Shown: one piece after another, positions 9,642 to 19,106 of the stretch | How positions within the stretch are numbered: the stretch's first letter is position 1 | Layout of the letters: each line of letters opens with the position of its first letter | Sequence record: OQ378934.1 | Reading direction: 5' to 3' (one strand) | DNA: 64,000 bases | From: Escherichia phage LH2 | The notes under the pieces: model-generated | What the model saw: only the letters and a program-made list of their open reading frames with translations | What the model was told of the DNA's origin: nothing | Databases searched by the model: none | Program-made: the position numbers and the translations under genes

Positions 9642-10501
9642 AGCCTACTATTTTAACTGATATTGATGGAGTATGTTTAAGCTGGCAATCAGGTCTTCCT
9701 TATTTTGCTCAGAAATATAATCTTCCATTAGAACATATTTTAAAAATGATCCAAGATGAGAAATTTATTTCTCCGGGTAAACTCTTTAATTGTGATGAAG
9801 AACTTGGCGTCAAGTTAATTGAAAAATACAATCGTTCAGATTTTATTCGTTACTTGTCTCCGTATAAAGATGCCCTGTGTGTAATTAACAAATTAAAAGA
9901 AGATTATAATTTTGTAGCTGTTACAGCATTGGGTGATTCTATTGACGCTCTGTTAAATCGTCAATTTAATTTGAATGCTCTTTTTCCTGGTGCCTTCTCA
10001 GAAGTAATGATGTGTGGTCATGATTCTTCAAAAGAAGAGTTATTCAAAAAGGCAAAAGAGAAATATAACGTAATTTGTTATATTGACGATCTCGCTCACC
10101 ACTGTGACCACGCGAGTGAAATATTGAATGTTCCTGTTTATTGGATGGCTCGAGGAGAGCGTGACAATATTCCAAAAACTGCGCAGCGAGTTTATACATG
10201 GAATGATGTAGAAAATAAGCTTTTTTCGCCGAAGGAAAATAAAGAAAGTTTTGATAGTGAAAAAGCTATAAAAGATGTAATTGAGAAGATGGTTAAAAAC
10301 GATTCTTTTCGTTGGAACACTACCTGGAGAACTCCTGGATTTAATCCGTATAATCCATATTATACACATCCATATAATCCATATTATACACACCCGTATC
10401 ATATGAATCCATTCCATACGTGGAGTTATACTAAGCCTGGTGATGCAGGGTATTTTAATAGATTTACTAGTGGTGATAATATTTTCCAAGGAGCATTCTA
10501 A
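9638..10501 (+). CDS. HAD-superfamily hydrolase (possible nucleotidase/phosphatase) with C-terminal Tyr/Pro-rich tandem repeat, 287 aa
   Basis: N-terminal HAD motif I LTDIDGVCL; C-terminal NPYNPYYTHPYNPYYTHPYHMNPFH. Confidence 0.55.
   Translation: MKPTILTDIDGVCLSWQSGLPYFAQKYNLPLEHILKMIQDEKFISPGKLFNCDEELGVKLIEKYNRSDFIRYLSPYKDALCVINKLKEDYNFVAVTALGDSIDALLNRQFNLNALFPGAFSEVMMCGHDSSKEELFKKAKEKYNVICYIDDLAHHCDHASEILNVPVYWMARGERDNIPKTAQRVYTWNDVENKLFSPKENKESFDSEKAIKDVIEKMVKNDSFRWNTTWRTPGFNPYNPYYTHPYNPYYTHPYHMNPFHTWSYTKPGDAGYFNRFTSGDNIFQGAF
10346..10410 (+). repeat. 24 bp direct tandem repeat (about 2.5 copies) inside the HAD gene 3' region
   Basis: ccgtataatccatattatacacat / ccatataatccatattatacacac / partial third copy. 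Confidence 0.8.
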
Positions 10502-10770
10502 TGTTTGTCGTTCACACTATTTATGAAAATGAAGGTAATACTACACGTGATTACGGTCACGTAAATCAATTTTTTAGATGCAATCCAGAATTCCGAGCTC
10601 AAAAAGACGAACGAATTTTTAAAAAATGTGTAGAGCAAGGTTTCATTTACGTCAAGCACTGGATGCAAGGAAATAAAGTTAGAACTACATATCATAAGTC
10701 TTTGCCTGAGCTTAATGATGAATTGATTTATAATAGAGCTGTAAATCAAACTCTGAAGGATGAACAATGA
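10501..10770 (+). CDS. Hypothetical protein, 89 aa
   Basis: Coupled ORF (ATGA overlap with gene 30 start). Confidence 0.45.
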   Translation: MFVVHTIYENEGNTTRDYGHVNQFFRCNPEFRAQKDERIFKKCVEQGFIYVKHWMQGNKVRTTYHKSLPELNDELIYNRAVNQTLKDEQ

Positions 10771-12227
10771 TTCTTAAAATTCTGAATGAAATAGCATCTA
10801 TTGGATCAACTAAGCAGAAGCAAGCAATTCTTGAAAAGAATAAAGATAATGAATTGCTTAAACGGGTATATCGTCTGACTTATTCTCGTGGGTTACAGTA
10901 TTATATCAAGAAATGGCCTAAACCTGGTATTGCTACCCAGAGTTTTGGAATGCTGACTATTACCGATATGCTTGACTTCATTGAATTCACGTTAGCTACT
11001 CGGAAATTGACCGGAAATGCTGCAATTGAGGAATTGACTGGATATATCACCGATGGTAAAAAGGATGATGTTGAAGTTTTGCGTCGAGTGATGATGCGAG
11101 ACCTTGAATGCGGTGCTTCAGTATCTATTGCAAACAAAGTTTGGCCAGGTTTAATTCCTGAACAACCTCAAATGCTGGCAAGTTCTTATGATGAAAAAGG
11201 CATTAGTAAGAATATCAAGTTTCCAGCTTTTGCACAGTTAAAAGCAGATGGAGCTCGGTGTTTTGCTGAAGTCCGAGGTGATGAATTAGATGATGTTCGT
11301 CTTTTATCACGAGCTGGTAATGAATATCTAGGATTAGATCTTCTTAAGGAAGAGTTAATCAAAATGACTGCTGAAGCCCGCCAGATTCATCCAGAAGGTG
11401 TGTTAATTGACGGCGAATTGGTATACCATGAGCAAGTTGAAAAGGAACCAGAAGGCCTAGATTTTCTTTTTGATGCTCCTGAAATCAGTAAAGCTAAAGA
11501 GTTTGCCGAAGTAGCTGAATCTCGTACTGCTTCTAATGGAATCGCCAATAAATCTTTAAAGGGAACTATTTCAGAAAAAGAAGCCAAATGCATGAAGTTT
11601 CAGGTCTGGGATTATGTTCCGTTGGTAGAAATATACGGTCTTCCGGCGTTTCGTTTAAAATATGATGTACGTTTTTCTAAACTAGAACAAATGACATCAG
11701 GATATAATAAAGTAATTTTAATTGAAAACCAAGTAGTAAATAACCTAGATGAAGCTAAGGTAATTTATAAAAAATATATTGACCAAGGTCTTGAAGGTAT
11801 TATTCTCAAAAATACCGATGGATTGTGGGAAAATGCTCGTTCAAAAAATCTCTATAAATTTAAAGAAGTAATTGATGTTGATTTAAAAATTGTAGGAATT
11901 TATCCTCACCGTAAAGACCCTACTAAAGCAGGTGGATTTATTCTTGAATCAGAGTGTGGAAAAATTAAAGTAAATGCAGGTTCAGGCTTAAAAGATAAAG
12001 CCGGTGTAAAATCACATGAACTTGACCGTACTCGCATTATGGAAAACCAAAATTATTATATTGGAAAAATTCTAGAGTGCGAATGCAACGGCTGGTTAAA
12101 ATCTGATGGCCGCACTGATTACGTTAAATTATTTCTTCCAATTGCGATTCGTTTACGTGAAGATAAAACTAAAGCTAATACATTTGAGGATGTATTTGGT
12201 GATTTTCATGAGGTAACTGGTCTATGA
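10767..12227 (+). CDS. 30: ATP-dependent DNA ligase (gene 30), 486 aa
   Basis: MILKILNEIASIGSTKQKQAILEKNKDNELLKRVYRLTY... with adenylation motif QLKADGARCF; matches T4 gp30. Confidence 0.9.
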   Translation: MILKILNEIASIGSTKQKQAILEKNKDNELLKRVYRLTYSRGLQYYIKKWPKPGIATQSFGMLTITDMLDFIEFTLATRKLTGNAAIEELTGYITDGKKDDVEVLRRVMMRDLECGASVSIANKVWPGLIPEQPQMLASSYDEKGISKNIKFPAFAQLKADGARCFAEVRGDELDDVRLLSRAGNEYLGLDLLKEELIKMTAEARQIHPEGVLIDGELVYHEQVEKEPEGLDFLFDAPEISKAKEFAEVAESRTASNGIANKSLKGTISEKEAKCMKFQVWDYVPLVEIYGLPAFRLKYDVRFSKLEQMTSGYNKVILIENQVVNNLDEAKVIYKKYIDQGLEGIILKNTDGLWENARSKNLYKFKEVIDVDLKIVGIYPHRKDPTKAGGFILESECGKIKVNAGSGLKDKAGVKSHELDRTRIMENQNYYIGKILECECNGWLKSDGRTDYVKLFLPIAIRLREDKTKANTFEDVFGDFHEVTGL

Positions 12228-12412
12228 AAGCTTACTTAGAAACAATTGTCATTGCTCAAAAAGAAGGTGGAGATGTTTCTACTTCTGTATCACAAATCGT
12301 TCTTGAATTTGTAGATGCATATGCTTATAATAAATTCACAGAAACATTTGATGCCTATGAAAAAGGTCCAAAGTTTGAAATATATCGTACTCTCTTACCA
12401 TTAGATTATTAA
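12224..12412 (+). CDS. Hypothetical small protein, 62 aa
   Basis: ATGA-coupled to gene 30; followed by terminator hairpin. Confidence 0.4.
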   Translation: MKAYLETIVIAQKEGGDVSTSVSQIVLEFVDAYAYNKFTETFDAYEKGPKFEIYRTLLPLDY

Positions 12413-12434
12413 AGGCCTTCGGGCCTTTAATTTT
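12411..12434 (+). terminator. Intrinsic terminator (aaaggcc-ttcg-ggccttt + T-rich)
   Basis: 7 bp stem with UUCG loop followed by aatttt. Confidence 0.65.
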
Positions 12435-12441
12435 ATAAATA
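12434..12441 (+). promoter_or_regulatory. Late promoter TATAAATA upstream of alt
   Basis: Exact tataaata about 30 nt before the alt ATG. Confidence 0.5.
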
Positions 12442-12470
12442 GAATAAGAATAAACACTAGAGAGGATATG

Positions 12471-14525
12471 ATGGAACTCATTACAGAATTATTTGACGAA
12501 GATACTACTCTTCCGATTACAAACTTAAATCCAAAGAAGAAAATACCGCAAATTTTTTCAGTTCATGTTGATGACGCAATTGAACAACCAGGCTTTCGTT
12601 TATGTACCTATACATCTGGAGGTGATACTAACCGTGATTTAAAGATGGGCGATAAAATGATGCATATTGTTCCTTTTACATTAACTGCTAAAGGTTCAAT
12701 TGCTAAATTAAAAGGTCTCGGTCCAAGCCCAATTAATTACATCAATTCAGTTTTTACTGTTGCGATGCAAACGATGCGTCAGTATAAAATTGATGCCTGC
12801 ATGCTTCGTATTCTTAAGTCTAAAACCGCTGGTCAAGCTCGACAAATTCAAGTTATTGCTGATAGACTTATCCGCAGTCGTTCAGGTGGCAGATACGTCC
12901 TTCTTAAGGAACTCTGGGATTACGATAAAAAGTATGCATATATTCTTATACATCGCAAAAATGTATCGCTAGAAGACATTCCAGGAGTTCCGGAAATTAG
13001 TACCGAGCTCTTTACTAAAGTTGAATCGAAGGTCGGCGATGTTTATATCAATAAAGATACTGGAGCTCAAGTAACTAAAAATGAGGCAATTGCAGCATCT
13101 ATTGCGCAAGAAAATGATAAACGTTCTGACCAAGCTGTAATCGTTAAAGTTAAAATTTCCCGTAGAGCAATTGCACAAAGTCAGTCATTAGAATCTTCTA
13201 GATTTGAAACACCAATGTTTCAAAAATTTGAGGCTTCAGCGGCAGAATTAAATAAACCCGCCGACGCACCTTTAATTTCTGATGCTAACGAATTAACTGT
13301 TATTTCTACTTCAGGATTTGCATTAGAGAATGCTCTTAGCAGTGTTACAGCTGGGATGGCATTCAGAGAAGCTTCTATAATTCCTGAAGATAAAGAATCC
13401 ATTATTAATGCAGAAATAAAAAATAAAGCTTTAGAAAAATTACGAAAAGAATCTATTACTTCAATAAAAACTTTAGAAACTATTGCTTCTATCGTCGATG
13501 ATACTTTAGAAAAATATAAAGGTGCTTGGTTTGAAAGAAATATTAACAGACATTCGCATTTAAACCAAGATGCTGCAAATGAGTTAGTACAAAATTCTTG
13601 GAATGCAATAAAAACAAAGATTATTCGAAGAGAATTACGTGGATATGCTCTTACCGCTGGATGGTCATTACATCCTATAGTCGAAAATAAAGATTCATCT
13701 AAATACACACCAGCGCAAAAACGCGGAATTCGTGAATATGTAGGTTCAGGATATGTAGACATAAATAATGCTCTTTTGGGATTATATAATCCAGATGAGC
13801 GTACAAGTATTTTAACAGCACCTGAAATAGAACAAGCCATTGATAATTTAGATTCAGCCTTTAAAAATGGTGAACGATTACCAAAAGGTATTACTTTGTA
13901 TCGTTCACAACGAATGTTACCTTCAATATATGAAGCAATGGTAAAAAATCGAGTTTTTTATTTTAGAAACTTTGTGTCAACATCATTATATCCAAATATT
14001 TTTGGTACTTGGATGACTGATTCATCTGTGGGTGTTTTACCAGACGAAAAGCGTTTAAGTGTTTCTATTGATAAAACTGATGAAGGGCTTGTTAATTCTA
14101 GCGATAATTTAGTCGGAATTGGATGGGTTATTACTGGGGCTGATAAAGTCAATGTTGTTTTACCCGGTGGAAGTTTAGCGCCTTCAAATGAAATGGAAGT
14201 CATTTTGCCACGTGGATTAATGGTCAAAGTTAATAAAATAACCGATGCATCTTACAACGATGGAACAGTTAGAACTAACAACAAGCTTATTCAAGCTGAA
14301 GTTATGACCACAGAAGAACTCACCGAATCGGTAATCTATGACGGAGACCATTTAATGGAAACTGGTGAATTGGTTGCAATGACAGGTGATATTGAAATAG
14401 AAGACAGAGTTGACTTTGCATCATTTGTTTCATCAAACGTTAAACAGAAAGTAGAATCATCTCTCGGAATTATTGCGTCTTGCATAGATATTGCAAACAT
14501 GCCTTACAAGTTCGTTCAAGGATAA
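12471..14525 (+). CDS. alt: Alt, head-packaged ADP-ribosyltransferase (about 684 aa)
   Basis: Length and position next to gene 30 and gene 54 as in T4; late promoter upstream. ORF-track start at 12468 is an adjacent ATG. Confidence 0.8.
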   Translation: MELITELFDEDTTLPITNLNPKKKIPQIFSVHVDDAIEQPGFRLCTYTSGGDTNRDLKMGDKMMHIVPFTLTAKGSIAKLKGLGPSPINYINSVFTVAMQTMRQYKIDACMLRILKSKTAGQARQIQVIADRLIRSRSGGRYVLLKELWDYDKKYAYILIHRKNVSLEDIPGVPEISTELFTKVESKVGDVYINKDTGAQVTKNEAIAASIAQENDKRSDQAVIVKVKISRRAIAQSQSLESSRFETPMFQKFEASAAELNKPADAPLISDANELTVISTSGFALENALSSVTAGMAFREASIIPEDKESIINAEIKNKALEKLRKESITSIKTLETIASIVDDTLEKYKGAWFERNINRHSHLNQDAANELVQNSWNAIKTKIIRRELRGYALTAGWSLHPIVENKDSSKYTPAQKRGIREYVGSGYVDINNALLGLYNPDERTSILTAPEIEQAIDNLDSAFKNGERLPKGITLYRSQRMLPSIYEAMVKNRVFYFRNFVSTSLYPNIFGTWMTDSSVGVLPDEKRLSVSIDKTDEGLVNSSDNLVGIGWVITGADKVNVVLPGGSLAPSNEMEVILPRGLMVKVNKITDASYNDGTVRTNNKLIQAEVMTTEELTESVIYDGDHLMETGELVAMTGDIEIEDRVDFASFVSSNVKQKVESSLGIIASCIDIANMPYKFVQG

Positions 14526-14528
14526 ATC

Positions 14529-14714
14529 GTGGAACTTATTACAGAATTATTTGACGGCGCTTCGGCGCCGGTTGTTAACTTAAATCCTAAGCATAAAATA
14601 CCACAAATTTTTGCTATTCAAGCCGGCGAAGAAAGCGTGCTTCCTGGATTTAGATTTTGTACATACACCTCTGGCGGTGATACAAATAAAACGTTAAACC
14701 AGGCGACAAAATGA
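14529..14714 (+). pseudogene. Truncated alt paralog, part 1 (alt.-1-like; homologous to Alt residues 2-62), GTG start
   Basis: MELITELFDGASAPVVNLNPKHKIPQIFAIQAGEESVLPGFRFCTYTSGGDTN vs Alt MELITELFDEDTTLPITNLNPKKKIPQIFSVHVDDAIEQPGFRLCTYTSGGDTN. Confidence 0.6.
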
Positions 14715-14914
14715 TGCATATCGTAATGATAGGTGTTAATGAGAAACTATCATTAGTTAAGCTTAAAAACTTGGGTGGAAATCCAATTGGTGTCATTAAT
14801 GCTGTTTTTGATACTGCTCTTCAAACAATGAAACAGTATAAAATCGACGCATGCCTATTACGCGTACTAAAAAGTTCAAAATGTAGTTTACAAGTCCCTC
14901 GTGTTGTGTTATAA
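14711..14914 (+). pseudogene. Truncated alt paralog, part 2 (alt.-2-like; homologous to Alt residues 64-120), frame-shifted relative to part 1 and ending inside an early promoter element
   Basis: MMHIV...GVINAVFDTALQTMKQYKIDACLLRVLKS vs Alt MMHIVPFTL...NYINSVFTVAMQTMRQYKIDACMLRILKS; reading frame then runs into the gtttac...tataat element. Confidence 0.6.
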
Positions 14915-14915
14915 T
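14886..14915 (+). promoter_or_regulatory. T4 early-type promoter (GTTTAC, 18 nt spacer, TATAAT) within a ~50 bp element repeated at 2369-2422
   Basis: gtttac 14886-14891, tataat 14910-14915; inverted repeat cctcgtgtt...ataacacgagg. Confidence 0.55.
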
Positions 14916-14946
14916 AATCTTACTGACATAACACGAGGAACACAAA

Positions 14947-15237
14947 ATGAAATCTTCTTTGCGCTTTTTAGGTCAAGAACTTGTAGTTGAAGGCGTTATT
15001 CCTGCTGATAATGCTTTTAATGAAGCAGTTTACGATGAATTTATCAAAATTTTTGGAACAGATAAAAAGTTCGGAATTTTTCCTTCTGAAAATTTTTCAA
15101 AGCCAGAGCAGACTGAAAGTATTTTCCAAGGTGTAGTAACAGGTAAATTTGAGTCAGAAGCTCCGGTAAAAATTGAAGTTTATATTGAAGACAGTTTAGT
15201 TGCTTCAGTTGCTGCTTTTATTTCATTCCGTAAATAA
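14947..15237 (+). CDS. Hypothetical early protein (alt.-3-like), 96 aa
   Basis: SD gagga 7 nt upstream; early promoter upstream; bidirectional terminator downstream. Confidence 0.45.
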   Translation: MKSSLRFLGQELVVEGVIPADNAFNEAVYDEFIKIFGTDKKFGIFPSENFSKPEQTESIFQGVVTGKFESEAPVKIEVYIEDSLVASVAAFISFRK

Positions 15238-15243
15238 AAATAT

Positions 15244-15261
15244 GGGGACCGAAAGGTCCCC
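15244..15261. terminator. Bidirectional terminator hairpin (ggggacc-gaaa-ggtcccc) between convergent genes
   Basis: Perfect 7 bp G/C stem with GAAA loop, flanked by A/T runs on both sides. Confidence 0.65.
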
Positions 15262-15265
15262 ATTG

Positions 15266-16231
15266 TTATATTGCTCCTAATATTTTACTTTGCGAGTTGA
15301 CAATTCCCGTCATAGTATTAATGTTTGAAATGCTTCCTGAGGTTCCTCCTAGTCTACTAAGTCGTGAAAGCGAATTAGATAGTCCAGTAACACCTCCACT
15401 ATTTCCGAGAACGCTTTGAATGCCATTTATAGCAGCAGATTCAAGCCACTCAAGCGCAGCTTGTCTATCAACCGACCCAGCCTGCATGACTCTATACGCA
15501 AAAGTAACATCAAATGTAGTTATTTGGTTATCTCCATCATATGATAACTCAGGAGCGCTCACTGACACTGGAATGCATCCGGTGAACATCACAGCAGTAT
15601 GAGGTAATCCATTACGAGCATGAAGATTAACCTGAATGTCTGCTTCAACATCTTGCGGCAAAGCACGTAATCCAGTTACTGGGTCTTGAACAGCGTTAAC
15701 CCAGTCTTGCATCGCACGATAATTACATGCTTCTGAATCCATCCTAAATGAAATAACCAAAGGGTCTAATTCTCTCCCAGTTATACGAATATTAGGAGAA
15801 TTATAGTTCCAGTCAGTTTCATAGGATAATCTATTCTCTGGCATTTTTACAGAATATATCATCAATCCAGATGAGTTATATGCCATGTTAAAGAAGTCAA
15901 TTAAATATGTACCAACCGTAAATGAGCCTAATAAACTTTGAACTGTGCGTTGACTCATGGCACCAATAAGATATTTACTGACTCCTGATTTTCTTATTAG
16001 TTTTTGTGTGCCAGCTGTAATTAGCGTGGTAATTCCCTGATTAATATCACCTTGAGTTAATCCTAACCAATTTGAATTTAGGCCCAAGTTATTATAAGAA
16101 AAGTTGCTAATTGAACTTATCAACGAAGAGCTTTTAGTTGATGGAGTTGTCGCAAAAACGCAGCTAAACATATTATTACGTTGGAAATCTGCGTTTATTG
16201 CTTGATTATTAAATTCCTCTAAAGAATACAT
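15266..16231 (-). CDS. 54: Baseplate tail-tube junction protein gp54, 321 aa
   Basis: Size and order 54-48-29-28-27-51 as in T4 baseplate hub cluster. Confidence 0.75.
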   Translation of the reverse strand: MYSLEEFNNQAINADFQRNNMFSCVFATTPSTKSSSLISSISNFSYNNLGLNSNWLGLTQGDINQGITTLITAGTQKLIRKSGVSKYLIGAMSQRTVQSLLGSFTVGTYLIDFFNMAYNSSGLMIYSVKMPENRLSYETDWNYNSPNIRITGRELDPLVISFRMDSEACNYRAMQDWVNAVQDPVTGLRALPQDVEADIQVNLHARNGLPHTAVMFTGCIPVSVSAPELSYDGDNQITTFDVTFAYRVMQAGSVDRQAALEWLESAAINGIQSVLGNSGGVTGLSNSLSRLSRLGGTSGSISNINTMTGIVNSQSKILGAI

Positions 16232-17325
16232 TAAAAAGTCCCCGCATATAAAGAAGCACGGTTTAACGTGATAATTTCTCTCATAGTAATCTCAAGAGTA
16301 AATGTACTAGAGAGGTTTGGAGCAATAGCTAATCCATTAAAGTTACCGTTAGGCGTTTTATCAAATCTAATGCTCTGTATTTGACATGGGCCAAATATTT
16401 CCGTTTTTCCATCAAACTTAGATGTTGCACCAAAGTTTTTCACCATCCAAACTGTCGGGTTTGAAACTACTAGAACGTTCGTTAAACTTGCTGTCATTTT
16501 CTCAAATAGTGTTTTATTTTTAGCCGCGTCTTCCGGAGATAAAGGTTCAATTAACGTAGAACGATACCAATCATCCAAATACCCCTTTATTTCAGCAGCG
16601 TATTGAGATTTACCTGTTTCGCCATAAGAAAAATAGTTAAAATATTGATAGATATTAATAATAGCCATTAAATCTTCTGTTGAACGTGGAGTCAAATCCC
16701 ATGTAAACACTTTAGTTCTATTCTCAGCACCACCATACATACTTCTGGCTGTTGTATAAATCTGTTCATTATTATCAGCCATTATACCTTGCGTTATACT
16801 TTCCAGTGCCCCAAACACTGCAGTTGAAGCAATATTACTTAGCACACCAGTAGCAGTACCTCCGCCTCTGCTGATAAGACTTTCTTGAACATCATTAAAT
16901 CTATGTGATGATGTATCAACGTCAGATTTAGATCTCGGCAAAAGAATATTTGCAACAGGTGCTTTACTTATTGTTCCTGAATTATTATCTGATATTAATC
17001 CATTTGATAGTTTTGATACTGTACTACTAATAGTGTTTCTGGCTGTACGTAAAATACTCGAAGATGAAGAAGAGTAGTTAGATCTCATCGATCTAAGACT
17101 TCCAGAATCCCTAGATGACATATTGTATGCAGTAAATAATAATCCATTCTTATATAGATCTGTTACCTGGAAGTCCCCTGTAGTGTCATTACCACTAGCA
17201 CGCCCAGTTGGAAACTGGGCAGTGTATGTTTTAGTTGCTACTTCTGATTTAGTACTCTGTCCGGCTGAAATTTTCTCACCGGACTTTTTAATTAAATCAG
17301 CAGTTATTTCTTTAACAATTGCCAT
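16231..17325 (-). CDS. 48: Baseplate tail-tube cap gp48, 364 aa
   Basis: Size and synteny. Confidence 0.75.
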   Translation of the reverse strand: MAIVKEITADLIKKSGEKISAGQSTKSEVATKTYTAQFPTGRASGNDTTGDFQVTDLYKNGLLFTAYNMSSRDSGSLRSMRSNYSSSSSSILRTARNTISSTVSKLSNGLISDNNSGTISKAPVANILLPRSKSDVDTSSHRFNDVQESLISRGGGTATGVLSNIASTAVFGALESITQGIMADNNEQIYTTARSMYGGAENRTKVFTWDLTPRSTEDLMAIINIYQYFNYFSYGETGKSQYAAEIKGYLDDWYRSTLIEPLSPEDAAKNKTLFEKMTASLTNVLVVSNPTVWMVKNFGATSKFDGKTEIFGPCQIQSIRFDKTPNGNFNGLAIAPNLSSTFTLEITMREIITLNRASLYAGTF

Positions 17326-17333
17326 ATTATTCC

Positions 17334-19106
17334 TTAATTAACTCCAGTCGCATCAAATACACCAGGAGCAGTCGTGCTCGTTACAGGTGTCATATTATGA
17401 ACGACAGTATTTTTCTTAATAACATTATTAGTATTATTGATCGAAGGAGATGCTTGTTGAACAGGAGCTTGCTGTGCTTTGTTCTTTTCTATTACCTGGA
17501 CTTGTTTTGCTTCTGGCGATTTAGCAGAAGTTTCAGGTTTGGCATTAGGTTGATTTTTCTTGAGCTCTTGATAAGTAGCATCAATTTTAGAAAATCTAGC
17601 AGCAAGTTCTTTTTTAACTGCCGGTGAATTATTTAAATCCGGGTCATCCATCCGTTTTTTAAGGTCTTCATAGGCAGCTTCAACTGATTTAACCGTTGAG
17701 TCTTTACTCATATCAGCTGAATTAGCGTATTCATCAAAACGATTCATAGCAGCACGAGCTTCATTAGCTTTCATTAAAGCAATTTTAGCTTCCTCCGGAG
17801 AAAGTTGCTTTAATTTTTCTTCTTCCTCTGCTCTCTCTTCATCAGTCGTTAGTGCTTCTTTATTATCAACGCCACGAATCCAGTTAGATGCACGAGTTTT
17901 CCAGTTCGCAATCTTGTCTAACCCTTTTGCTATCGGACCAAGTTCTCCATTCATTCTTTTATATTGATAGTTTGCAACTTTTTCTTGGTCTTCTTTGTTA
18001 AGAGAAGCATTTGTAGTATTTTGGAAATTTTCTAGTGCTCTTCCTTCTACTTCATCAGCAGTATCCTTCATGCCAGGAATAACTCGAAGAATTGCCGCAG
18101 ATAATTTAGCCATTCCAAGCTGAATAAGTTCTCCTAAATTATAAAGAACCTTTCCAAGCCCTTCTACAATAGCTACCGTCAAACCGCCCCAATCTCCCTC
18201 TTCCCAGAATTTTTTAATTTCATCAATAGAACTAAAGATGCTATGTAATAAAGGACCCCATGTTCCGGTTTCGCTAGAGAATTTAGTAAAGTCTGTACTG
18301 AACAAATCCCAAGCCTGTGAAAATTTATCTGACCAATATTTAAAGTGAACCATCAGCAGGTCTATTCCGACAACAACAGCCAATATCATTGCTGTCATTT
18401 TAGCAGCTTCAATAGCAGCACTGACGGTATACTTAAATAACATGCTTGATATTTTATCAGTAATTGAAATGGATTTCTTAAATCCAAAATCAACAGTCTT
18501 TGTTAATTTATCTAAAGCTTGAGATAATTTTAAGTTAAATGCGTCTTTTTTCTGTTTTTCTTCTGGCGATTCTTGTTTGGGCTCAACTGGCTGAGGGGTA
18601 GGGAAAAAATCAGCATCAGGATCATTATTAACTGCTTCAGGAGCCGGTAATAAAGGACCCACAGATTCAGCTGTATCATCCTCAACAACTTTAACAGGAA
18701 TAGCGCTTTCAACCGTGGCTAAACTGGTTCCTGTTTGTTGAATTCCAGCTGTCTGAATTTTTTGCTCTAGTAAACTTGTTAATTTATCTAATTTGCTCCC
18801 GAGTGATTCACCGATTTCTTTATTAATATTGTTGCCAATTTCAACAGTTTCAGCAATTAACTCAGAACCGGCAGTAGTATCACTCACTGCGTTTTCTACG
18901 TTGTCAATTGCTCCAATTATTTCATTCGATTTTTCTTCGACAGTTTGAGCAATTAATTCAGAAGCAGCTTGAGCATCATCCAATTTCGTAGATATATCGT
19001 TAAGTCCAGATAAAGTGTTAGAAGCGGATTTAGCCGCTTCCTGTGTTGGTTTATTATCTGAAATAACTTTTCTACGCATCGTTTGCATTTCTTGTGGCTT
19101 TTTCAT
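17334..19106 (-). CDS. 29: Tail tape-measure / baseplate hub protein gp29, 590 aa
   Basis: Size and synteny; long helical, Ala/Glu-rich sequence typical of tape measure. Confidence 0.75.
   Translation of the reverse strand: MKKPQEMQTMRRKVISDNKPTQEAAKSASNTLSGLNDISTKLDDAQAASELIAQTVEEKSNEIIGAIDNVENAVSDTTAGSELIAETVEIGNNINKEIGESLGSKLDKLTSLLEQKIQTAGIQQTGTSLATVESAIPVKVVEDDTAESVGPLLPAPEAVNNDPDADFFPTPQPVEPKQESPEEKQKKDAFNLKLSQALDKLTKTVDFGFKKSISITDKISSMLFKYTVSAAIEAAKMTAMILAVVVGIDLLMVHFKYWSDKFSQAWDLFSTDFTKFSSETGTWGPLLHSIFSSIDEIKKFWEEGDWGGLTVAIVEGLGKVLYNLGELIQLGMAKLSAAILRVIPGMKDTADEVEGRALENFQNTTNASLNKEDQEKVANYQYKRMNGELGPIAKGLDKIANWKTRASNWIRGVDNKEALTTDEERAEEEEKLKQLSPEEAKIALMKANEARAAMNRFDEYANSADMSKDSTVKSVEAAYEDLKKRMDDPDLNNSPAVKKELAARFSKIDATYQELKKNQPNAKPETSAKSPEAKQVQVIEKNKAQQAPVQQASPSINNTNNVIKKNTVVHNMTPVTSTTAPGVFDATGVN

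Noticed and set aside
10040-10489. Minus-strand 149 aa ORF with repeated IIWIIWMCIIWIIR sequence
   Set aside because: Antisense reading of the 24 bp tandem repeat in the HAD gene; the sense strand has the coherent enzyme ORF.
13220-13840. Minus-strand ORF of 206 aa inside alt
   Set aside because: Entirely antisense to the well-supported alt CDS, no SD or promoter; typical spurious ORF in AT-rich DNA.
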